From Felis catus (taxonomy: Eukaryota), in assembly GCF_018350175.1 (NCBI RefSeq), contig NC_058368.1, forward strand, positions 127,164,001 to 127,228,000: 64,000 nt of DNA, written 5' to 3'. The position numbers and the translations under genes were made by a program. The notes beneath the pieces are model-generated. The model did no database searches. It saw only the letters and a list, made by a program, of their open reading frames with translations, and had not been told where the DNA came from. Within the stretch, counting starts at the first letter, position 1; every line of letters starts with the position of its first letter. Shown here piece by piece: positions 37,413 to 48,113 of this stretch.

Positions 37413-39309
37413 AACAGGCTTATCATAGGCATTCAAAAATAGTTTGTGAATGAATGCATTCATCTTTTATGTGAGTTCTGATTACATTTGAGTGTTTGTT
37501 CATGGTAACATTAGTTTTTAACTTATTCCTTTAGCCCACCACAACGTTCATCTTTTTCACTCTCAAGTTTTCTTTTCACAATGGGGCTTACATACTTCTT
37601 GCTCTTGAAACATCTGCCTTTCACATTTGATTGACTTCCCATAATCAAAGTACTATGTATTGACTCTGTCCACAGATCCATCTTTTCTCTGCAATATTTT
37701 AGTTGTTCCCCTTCCAAATTTACATTATCATTAGGTGTCAAACTGTACAATTAGACAAGTTTATTAGTTTCATAATAATGAAACTCCCTTGCCAATGAGA
37801 TTGGCAATGAGATGACCAATGAGATTTTCTTTTGCTCTGATTCACAGTCACTCTGGGCACTTATCTAACTCAGCCTTACAGAAATTAAGAGGCTTTCTTC
37901 AGCCCCTTGTTAAGAAAATTAGAGAAGCCCTTCAATTACGGTTCAAATGTGAAAAACATAATGGAGGTTAGGAGGGGACACCGGCAAGGCAGGAGGTGGG
38001 TATTCGGCGGTGGCAAAGCACACAGGGGCGGGAGCCTCCACAGCGAGAAGAAGCAAATGAAGGGGTACAGAAGCAGATGTTCCCCCTCTAGGAAAGTGTT
38101 CATTATTTGCTATGCTCAGTCTGAACAAGTCTTCTCTGGCCCACTCAATTAAGGTACTAGCCCTTAAAACTGTGTGCTGGGATTTCCTCAGTTTAATGAC
38201 TTATAGCCCAAATTCTACTAGCTAAAAATCTAGAATCAACATAATGACAATATTATACATTTTATTCACCACGAATACTCACATCCATTACACTTCTAGT
38301 TTTAAGCGTAGTATGGCTCTCATGTTGACCATCAGAAATACTCACAAGCATGATTACAAACTCTCAGCAGTGGAAGGTATCTCTCCTTCTTCCGCTACCT
38401 TGATTTCTGCATGTCCTGCCAGTCCACATCTGACCGTGCTCCAGGATGCTGTGTAGCTCCCAGCCACCTAATAGCATCTGTACTTTTATAATAAGTACAC
38501 AATTTTATATCTTTCTGTCTGTGCTTGCTCCATGCGCTGTCTTGATAGTACAGAGAACTCACAAGCCCTATTTCCCCTCTTCAACTCTGTGTCTGGTCAG
38601 CATTGCTAATTGCACAGATTCCTTTGGACGTATGAGATATGTTTCTTTCAATTTAGAAAATCTTAGCTAATGCCCTCTGCAAAAACCCTAGTTACAAAAA
38701 GGCTCTTCCAAATCCCTATTGCAGCTGTTGTAGGATGGGATTTTTAGATTTGTAGGTAAAGTGTCTGAGTGTAGTCTTCCTTAGAGGACTCTTTCTAGTA
38801 TTTAGAAGCCCATCTTTTTGTGGTGGCTACCCAGTTTTGACTCTCGCACTCCTCCCTAGTTGTAGAAAGTGGGCACCAAATCATTCTGTTTGCCGCCTTA
38901 CCAAAGACATTGATTTAAGTGGGATCTACACTGAGGTGAGGGGGTGGGACATTGGAGAAAAAAATTCGTGCAGAAGCACACAGAACCATGGTTTGTACAG
39001 GTCTGGCTGTGACACCATCAAATTTCATAACCTGGGTCTCTCTAGATCTTTAGGTTTTTCAATGTAAGATGATGGGTTTGAGCAGATGAACTCTTAGGTC
39101 TCTCCAACTTTAACTCTCTCTTCCATGAATTTTGGAAAAGGAAGCAGAGTGTCCCCATTCTTGTCAGTGGTCTAGAAATATTTGCTGATAGTTTCATTCA
39201 TTCAATGTGTATACATCAACCACCTACACTACGTCACACACCCTCACAGGCGTTAAAGAGGTGGAAAAAAGAAGGCAAAAATCGCTGTCACATGGAACTT
39301 ACATTCTAG

Positions 39310-39530
39310 TATTAATAATAACTAACATTTATTTTAGTGCTTTCACGTGTCAGGAATTACATATGATTAACACACTTACTCCTCACAACATCTCATTTTA
39401 CAGATAAGGAAACTGAGGCAATAAAGTTAAATAACTTTTCAATGTCTCATTGCTGTGAATGAAAGTATGGAAATTTGAACCTCAGCTGTATGGGTCTAGA
39501 GCCAGCCAGCTCCCAACCATCACTCCACAC
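39310..39530 (-). mobile_element. MIR
   Basis: CATTTTACAGATAAGGAAACTGAGGC core. Confidence 0.75.
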
Positions 39531-40517
39531 CACCTTCCAATGATACAGATGTTTGACCTGCAAGCCGCCAGCTGTATTGCTCTAATCTGTAACCAAATGC
39601 AGCCCCAATGATGATGGGTAACCTATAAACCTATCTAAGAAGCATCACAAAATTGGTGAAATGGTAAGAGAACTGTGGGAAATGCTATAAAAGAAAGAGG
39701 GGGTAAGCAGCTGATTGTTAAATACATATTTTCGCTGAAAGGCACAAATGGCTTTGTGAAGTAGGCATTTATATTTTCCATTTATAGACATGGAATCTAC
39801 TGATGGCAGTTAGGGAAACCACTCAGTCAAGAAAGCAGCAGAGTTGGCATTCAAACTTCATCTGTTCAGCTCTAAAGCCACAGTCTTTCCCCCTCTACTA
39901 TGCTACCTCTGCCCACATGTGCAGTGATTGTCAACCTCTCTGCTATTCCTATAATGACTGTTATGTGGCCTATAAGGTAACTATTTCTTCCCATTTTCAA
40001 TAATGCTATTACTCTCCATTTGGAATATGGGTACGAAGGCCAGTTTAATATTCGCAACAATGCCAGTGGAATAAATAAGCACGGAACAGGATGAAGTTGA
40101 CCTCTTTAAGCTCAGACAATCTTCAGGCTCCACTGAACAGCTGGCCAAGAAGCAACATTTTGGCAGTAAAATAAAACCACATGACCAATGTATTTGGCCA
40201 GATGATATGAGCCAGATGGAATCCCACAAACAAAACCCAGTGAGAGGATAGAGCCGGGCCACTTAACTCACCGATTAGGGATTGTTTGTTTCATTGTTTC
40301 TTAACATAAGAAATACTTACAATTGGGCATTCTTGCTCAATACTGCTCTAAACCAATATCAATTAGTTTAGATGACAGTTTAGGTATTATTTAGTAAGTT
40401 TCTATTTCCATTGACCACCAAACCATGTTCTACATCAAATTACAAAGTGATCTCTTTTCAGGGAAAGATTCGGAGTTGAGCCCAGCAGGACAGTAAATCT
40501 ACTGAATTGCACTTCTT

Positions 40518-40644
40518 GGGGCACCTTGTTGGCTCAGTTGGTTAAGCATCCGACTTCAGCTCAGGTCATGATCTCGCAGTCTGTGAGTTCGAGCCCCGCG
40601 GCGGGCTCTGTGCTGATGGCTCAGAATCTAGAGACTGCTTCAGA

Positions 40645-40720
<76 letters not shown>

Positions 40721-40786
40721 GCACCTCCCCCACTCGCACTCTGTCTCTCTCTCTCTCAAAAATAAATAAACATCCAAAAAATTTTA
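40518..40786 (+). mobile_element. CanSINE with internal (TG)n expansion
   Basis: Full body; TSD core GAATTGCAC. Confidence 0.94.
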
Positions 40787-40849
40787 GAATTGCACCCCTC
40801 ATTAGGGCACACTCCTCCCTGTGTGGCCATGAGAGGATTTGCTCAGGAA

Positions 40850-41100
40850 ACTAGAGGTAGCAGAGTGACTATTTAGAAGTCTAGGCTCTGGGACAGACTG
40901 CCAGGGTCCAAATTTGGGCAAGTTTCTCAAACTTCGCCTAGTGTGCTTGGCTGTAAAAGAAAGAAAACAGTTGATCTACCTCATGGAGTTGTTTTGTGGA
41001 ATGAAGTGAGACAACACATGTACCTTACTGGGAATACAACAGGGCACATGTAAGTGCCTAAGAGAAATTAGCTCTTATCAATTACTCACTTGTTAATTAT
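40850..41100 (+). mobile_element. MIR
   Basis: AGGCTCTGGGACAGACTGCCAGGGTCCAAA...TTGGGCAAGTT...ACCTCATGGAGTTGTT. Confidence 0.7.
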
Positions 41101-41122
41101 ATTACTCCACACTTCAGTCTCC

Positions 41123-41123
<1 letters not shown>

Positions 41124-41182
<59 letters not shown>

Positions 41183-41216
41183 TGTGTGTGCGCCCACGCG
41201 CCTGTGTGTGTGTGTG
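41124..41216. repeat. Long imperfect (TG)n microsatellite
   Basis: Read directly. Confidence 0.95.
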
Positions 41217-43294
41217 GCCTCTAATCCCTGAACCTTCAATTCTTTCTCCCTTATTTGGTGGTATTTCTCCTCACTTACCCTATAGAATTAATGGAGATGA
41301 GCTGTGGGACAGTAAAAACAATAGTTATCACATCTCTTACATCTGAAAAGCTTTACACAAATGCTGTGCAATAGGAGGCATGAATGTGGTTCTTAGAAAG
41401 TTATATCCCAGTGTATTGACTTGTTGGTGGCACTCATTTCCCTTCCTAAGGCCTGGGCTCCAGCCTGCTTTTCTAGTGGGTATTGCTAGGCTTACTTTGA
41501 CAACGACTGAGGTGCTAAGGCTCAGGTTTTAGTCGTAACACAGCAGCTGAGACCGCACTCTCCTCTTGTCCCTGCTCATGGCTGCCTCTATCAGATGTCC
41601 AGATCCAAGCTGCAGATCTAAACATAGATTTGTAAGAGCACAGGGGATGACTTAAGGTCATTGATGGTTTTTTGTTCTAGTACATGTGGCTTTTCATGAC
41701 TCTAATATCACTTGTGCTTTTGTTTCTTCATCTGATTGTTAATTCTCCTTTCCACTGATCAGTCTATTTCACGTTAAAAATATTTACTTCTTAGCCCTTC
41801 TACAAGAGGTACAGGTATGTGCAAATAAATTTAATGAATCACCTATTTAGCAGCTCTGTTAAACCGCTGGGAGAGCGATGTTGACGTCGATGTTGAAACT
41901 ACCGGCAAATAGAGATTTGGAGATTTTCTGAGAATCTCAATTATTTAGAGTATTCCATGACCCCTGTTAGTATAAGAGACAAGAAAACTAGAACTGCTTT
42001 CTGCTTCTGGCTTGTGGGATGCTAGGCGAATCATGTCTGTCCTAAATGTACCTTGGAGGGCTTTCTTTTCTATTTGCATACAACCACCCCAGAATCACCA
42101 CATAAAATGTTTGTGTGTTTTTTTTCTTCTTTTTCTTTTAGCATCCCTTTCTGAGAAGACGGAAAGCAAAAAGTTTTGTGAATTGTTCTGGTTGGAAGAC
42201 AAGACCATTTCTTGAAGGGTAACTTTCTATTTAAAGTTTCCTTGAACATTACAATACTTTCAAACAATAGCAATTAGACGAACAAAATGTCCTAGTGTTG
42301 TTCCCTTGGTGAGCTGGCCGAGTCCATCAACCTGCTAATTCTTAGCTCCTCATTCTTTCTTTCCTTCTCAGATCATTTTCTGTCCAAACTTTTAGGTACT
42401 ATATTTAAAACTCCAACATAAATTCACACGTTATTTCTTCAAACCTAATGTGAGGAACACATCATTCCCTTTTCACTCTCCTCAAAAACATATATGAAAG
42501 ATGTGGCTCTAAGTAATAATTGGCACTCATTCCATATCCAGAGAGGAAAATTAGTCTCCTTAGTGTGCAATCCTCTCTTTCTATCAAATAAAATGTGGCT
42601 TCATACACTATATATTAATCATATTTGGCTTTTTATAAAAATGTATTTTGCCCACAGAAGACAAAAATTTTGTCACTGCTGAAAAACTACTTTCAAATCT
42701 ATTTTAAGCATTGTTTAACTGTCTAACATTGTACTTCTCAGAGATGAAGAGTCATCCAATGTATATGATTTGCTCTCACTTTAACAAATCAGACTCTAAC
42801 TGAATTTCACAGATTCTAGGCTTGGCTTTCCTTTACCCTGAATGCTACAAGAAAGTGAAAACAATGCCAAAGAAAACTATTCCAGATTAAAGGTAAGTGT
42901 ACCATCAGTATCATGCATTCATGTCCATTCCATCTTCAAAGAAAAAAAATTATATTATACTAGACACATTTCAGGATTTTACAGAATATGAAATATTTTT
43001 CTCAAGCCAATAGTCTTGTAAAGGGGAAATTCAATGAAGAAAAATTAGCTGATGTCCAGTTATTTCAGTCGCTTTAATAGTAAAATCATATCCAAACCCT
43101 CTCAAGGGTCAAGATAAGCTTAAGCTACTTCCGTTTTTTAAGGATCACATATGTTAAAAAATCAATTAAAAAAATTTCAGAAACAAGGTTGCAAAATTGT
43201 GGGATAATTTAAACATTTATATTAGTTTAACACCTTTAACCCCAGGAATGCTAGGCAATAAAAATGTGCCATTCAGAAGATAACTGTAGAATTT

Positions 43295-43296
<2 letters not shown>

Positions 43297-43338
<42 letters not shown>
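43297..43338. repeat. (GT)n microsatellite
   Basis: Read directly. Confidence 0.95.
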
Positions 43339-43340
<2 letters not shown>

Positions 43341-45560
43341 ACATACATACCTATATTGATTCACAGTGCATTTGAGGTGGTGTGGCCTGTTAAAGTTTAC
43401 AGTTAGATGAGAAATATCTTTTTTCATTATTGTCAGTACACTGCTGTAGCTGAATGCATAATCTTTTTGAGCAATGACAGACCTCTGAAAATGTGAGACC
43501 AGAGTGGTCAACTGGCCTCCAACTTCCCTAACTATTGCCTGAACCCCTGGCCTCTGATAGGCCCTGATTATTTCAACAACTTGACTTTGCAAATAAAGCA
43601 GTGATGCCAACTAAGATAGTATAGCAAAATGCTTCATCAAATATGAATTAATAGCACTCCTGTCACACGTAAGGGAGCCCCTGGCCTCAAAGAATTAACA
43701 GTCCAAATAGAGAGACAAAACAGGACCCAAAGAATAGTGAAGACAGTTCATGCAAATAATTTAATTATTACATGGGCAATTCGCATTCACATTAAAAGCC
43801 TATCAATGAGGGACAAAGTCTCTCAGGTGCCAAAGTGGATTGGTCCATGATGGTGATTTGGGATGTCACTCTTACCTCTTGTTATGAAAGAGGCTTGTTA
43901 GAACTAAGAAACTGGGCTGTATTTTGGAAAGGGTCAGAACTTGACCAACAGACAATGAAGATAACTTTGCCAGACTAAGGCAAGTTGCATAATATATCTG
44001 CAAATCATGCAGTAGAGCTTACACTGCATTTTTTGAGATTTCTGAAACACTAGTCCAACATGCTATTCCTTTCACACTACCCAGTAGTTAGGCATGTATG
44101 ACAGCCTGGGAATTATTATCAGATCTCGATGATGAGGGGAGTCTAGAAGCCACCATCTACTGGAAACATGCACTGTAATGTTACATATCCTTGATGAGCT
44201 TACAACAATTATGAACATGCACATAAGAAGCATGAGATCCAAATAATAAGCATGAGATGTGGATTGATTAGAATGTAAAATATATAGTAGGGCATATAAT
44301 TTCTAATGTTGAACCGTATACGTAACTGATAAAGTAACATAAATAATAAAAATACATTGTATTTATTTTGTTTTGAAATAGAAATAAATGAAAGTCCTAC
44401 TTACATTTTTAGCTGTCAACTTTTACTTATCCCTTGTCAAATTTTGCTTATGCATTGTTACTATAGGTGAAGTTCATAATTTGATTTCTCTGATTTTACA
44501 GTTCCCTAATAAATTCCAAGGGCACTATCTTCCATACTGCCTAAAACAAATAATTTCCTTGAATTATTTTAAACCAAAATTTGAATTTTTTATGCAAGTA
44601 AGTCAGAAAGTATTTTAATCCAACTTTAATGCATACTTCTATATAGGCCTAGAAATTTCTAGATGTTACATTTGGTCTAAATAAGAAAGACATTCTCAAG
44701 ATTTTGCAAAACAGTTTCAACTGTATTTGCTCTTCCTGAAACAGCTTTTACTGCTACAGACTAACCAATCAGAAACAAACAAAAAAAGTGTGAAGAATCA
44801 ATCTTTTCCTTGTAAATAGCTAGCATACTCAAGCAAAGAAGGAAATCAAAGATTTTTCTGTCTTCTTTTTTCTAGTTGTTTGGTTAAAATAAGCTAACTT
44901 GGATGTAAAACAAAGTTGTCATTGACAAATTATTGAGGTGGTGAAGTGAAGATTCTTCATGTGATTTCTGCAGAAATCCTTAGAAATAAAAGATTAACAA
45001 AACTTTGACTTTGATTTTATAGGGTCTAATTCTCCTGGACAAGATAATTATCATCTAGGTCGCAGAGATGGTTTCCACTTTTCCACGTGAATTTGCCCAG
45101 AAACCCTTAGAGCATGAGAGTAGCATTTCCTTCCTTTGCTTGATTGCCTGTTTAATCAAACAAGACCCCTTTCCTGACATTTGAAGGATTCACTGAAAGT
45201 TAGTATGACCAGTGTAAGGCTATATTAACTCCATGAGGTATGTTAAGACCCTTGTTTTCCAGATGTGAGTAATAGGAATGTTGTTATTTGGTTTTTGGGG
45301 TTTTTTTAAGTTCACCATTTGACTCTCAAAATCAGCTTTTAGAGTTAGTCAACTTCCTGCTATTTCTCAGGTTCCCACACACCCCAACTATTTTAAGGTT
45401 CATTTCTTTGTCGCTCATATTTTGCATACTGCCAAACTAAAGCATGTTACAAGTTACATAGATCGACACAGGGAAAAAGAATATTTGCAGGGGGAGGGGG
45501 CTAAAGCCATAGAGACTGATTAAAAAATTCTTCCCCGCTACAAAAAGCAAAGAGTGATAC

Positions 45561-45649
45561 CTGTAGGACTTTGAGAAACGCAATCTTGTTTTGGCTCTGG
45601 GAGGTTGTCCTGGCACTGTGACTCCCTGAAGATCCCAAAGAAAAGCCAT
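45561..45649 (-). CDS. PDE4D: First coding exon of cAMP-specific phosphodiesterase 4D, long isoform PDE4D8 (unique N-terminus)
   Basis: ATG at 45649 reads MAFLWDLQGVTVPGQPPRAKTRLRFSKSY + AG|gtatca (29 codons + 2 nt, GT at 45560-45559). It closely matches the remembered human PDE4D8 N-terminus MAFVWDPLGATVPGPSTRAKSRLRFSKSYS. Phase 2 fits splicing to the shared (S)FDVDNG exon outside the window. Confidence 0.92.
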
Positions 45650-46000
45650 TTGTAAGCAAAGTGCCAGGATCGCTGGAAACTGCAGAAAGTCAGAGTTGGT
45701 ACAGGGCCCGGGGGCCAGAGGGCCCTGCCGCGCGGAGCAGGAGGCACGGGAGGCACCGGTGGCTGAGTGAGGGCATTTCCTCTGTGTGGTGGTATGCACT
45801 GACAGGGAGGTGGCAGCCTGGCTGAGGCAGGGGTGGAAGGGATGGCCAGGACTTCCTGCTGCGTGACACTTGCCCTTTGCGACAGAGCTTGCTTCACTCA
45901 GACCTTATCTCATTAATAACATGGGAAACACTCTCTCACAAATTTGCTTTTAAATATAGTCCTGATTAAACAGCAGAGTCACATGGCACTCCTGAAAAGC
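45650..46000 (-). promoter_or_regulatory. Putative PDE4D8 promoter and 5' UTR
   Basis: GC/CpG-rich patch 45700-45880 directly upstream of the ATG. MEF2-consensus/TATA-like CTATATTTAA at 45950-45959, GATA AGATAAGG at 45903-45910, ETS CAGGAAGT at 45851-45858, E-box CATGTG near 45980. The TSS cannot be determined from sequence. Confidence 0.65.
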
Positions 46001-46002
46001 AC

Positions 46003-46003
<1 letters not shown>

Positions 46004-46035
<32 letters not shown>
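46004..46035. repeat. (AC)16 microsatellite next to the PDE4D8 promoter
   Basis: Read directly. Confidence 0.95.
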
Positions 46036-46037
<2 letters not shown>

Positions 46038-47846
46038 AAAGTATGACTAAATGTGAGTGAACCTTTGTATCAAGTGTGAAGTTTAAAGAAAATGTAAATG
46101 GAGAGGCTTTGTTAAAAAAGAAGTGATTACATATCTACAAGGGGGAAATTCAACAAAGATTACTACATTTCACACAACTAGCTGCCTAATATAATTTTCC
46201 TTATTCCAACTTCTCTTACAAACAGGGATGGACATCATTATTTGCAAACCTTCCACAAGGATTTAATCGTCTTGAAATACCAGCACCTCCCTGCAAGTCA
46301 GTGTGAGAAGAAAACAGGCAGATCACTTTCAAAGCTGTTGGCAGCTTTCCCCTCAAGGAGATGGTGCGTCACCTTGGAGAGTCAATTATAACGCATGACT
46401 TTGACAACAAAGATCAATTTTCTTTTTCATTTTCTATTCCCTAGAAACATTTCTTAACTCCCTGATAAATCCCTTGAAACAACTTTCGTTCACGTTAAAT
46501 AAATGATGAAAGCCAAACACAGTCCTTCACATGTTTTATGAGTCCCGCACATCTCAGGGAGGCATGTATCTCAAGATACTGTATGCAAGGAGTCAAAGGA
46601 CCCCAATGCCATCATCAGTCCTCACCGCAGAGTGGTATTTCATGTTAACAATGCAACATAATTCCATCAGTCCCTGTCCAAACACTGCCACACGGGTGAC
46701 CTCAACTGTAAACCAAGGCAGAACTCTGCTTCTCCCGGATAAGATTAGAGAGGCTTGGAGTGCCCAAGAGTGAAATTTAACCCGCTCTGAACGGGACAAA
46801 ATTGGCCAAGAGTTGAACTTAGTTATCATCGCCATATCTGCCAAATTTTGCGACCCAGATAGCTCAATCTATCGCTTCCATACCCAGGGGGCTCCAAAAC
46901 ATTCATGGAATTTCTATAAAAGCTCAAGTAAGCAAATAGGACACTTATTTTCACAACAGCATCCAGCACATCAAGGGTTCTTGAGAACACTACAGGTTCC
47001 ATATCAGCTTTGTGAAGGAGTAATAGAAAACATTTCTATGGTTTCACCTCTTTGTTATCTGACAGATGGGCCACAAGAGTGCGTGAGTGAGAGCTGACCA
47101 AACAGCAGCAAACTTGGAGGAACCAAGAGTTCATAAATAAACACGTTCTCTCTGAATCAGCCAACAGTATTTGAACGCTTCACGAACGACAGACACTTTT
47201 TTGCATTTGTATACGGATTTGCATTGCACAAGAGCAAAATGGGTGGCCAGCACCCAGGTATTTTTGTGAAAGACTGAGAACGTGCCTATACCTACAGGAG
47301 TCTGCCCTTCTTGGGGTATGAAATTCCAGCTCTCATTATTTCATTCTTCTGTACTATTTAGTCTCCAGGTCAGGGCAGCTCTTAGAAAACTCAAGCACTG
47401 CCGGCAGAGTTAACAAGTTGCTGAACAACTTGGTTTCTAGTAGAGCGGCTTCATCAGCAACTGAGGTCAGGCAGTGTAGGAGAATTGGGAGTTAGGAGGA
47501 TGTCCCCAAGAGCAGCTGGAGCGGGGAGGGGGAACACACACATGCTGGTGAGCAGGAGGGGTAGGTAGCGCTGGCTAAGATGAGCCTCTTTTACCTCGCA
47601 CCCAACACGAAACTCTCCTTCTGTCTGGTGGCATCTGGCATTTTAGAGGTGGAATAGCCTCAGTGTTTTCTGAGAAGAAAAGCTGCAGTCCACACATACA
47701 ACTTTGCAAGCGAAAAAAACATGACTTCACTGCTACCTCGAATTATACTTATCATGCCAGGGCGGACCCCGTCTCCCCAGAGAGGCGAAAGCCAGTCATA
47801 GGCATTTTGGCTAACATAGGTCTCTGTTTCCATCTCAATTTACATT

Positions 47847-48113
47847 AAATTTTTTTAATTTATTTATTTTTAATATTTCCTTCTTTTGAGTTTATTTGAG
47901 AGAGAGACAGAGCGAGAGCGAGAGAGCGAGAGAGCGAGAGAGCGAGAGAGAGAGAGAGAGAGAGACACGGCATGAGTCTGGGATGGGGCAGACAGAGGGG
48001 AAACAGAATCCCAAGCAGGTTCTGCGCTGTCAGCACTGAACCCATGTGGGGCTTACTCATGAACACTGAGGTCAAGGGTCGGACGCTTAACCAACTGAGC
48101 TACCCAGCGATCC
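47847..48113 (-). mobile_element. CanSINE with (GAGAGC)n expansion and small internal deletion
   Basis: Reverse SINE body; TSD CAATTTACATT. Confidence 0.9.

Noticed and set aside
45538..45897. 119-aa proline-rich ORF overlapping the PDE4D8 exon
   Set aside because: Non-ATG start, wrong frame for PDE4D, explained by GC-rich leader
40787..47846. 7-kb gap without carnivore SINEs around the PDE4D8 exon
   Set aside because: A gap of similar size exists at 10943-18599, so it is not clearly exceptional
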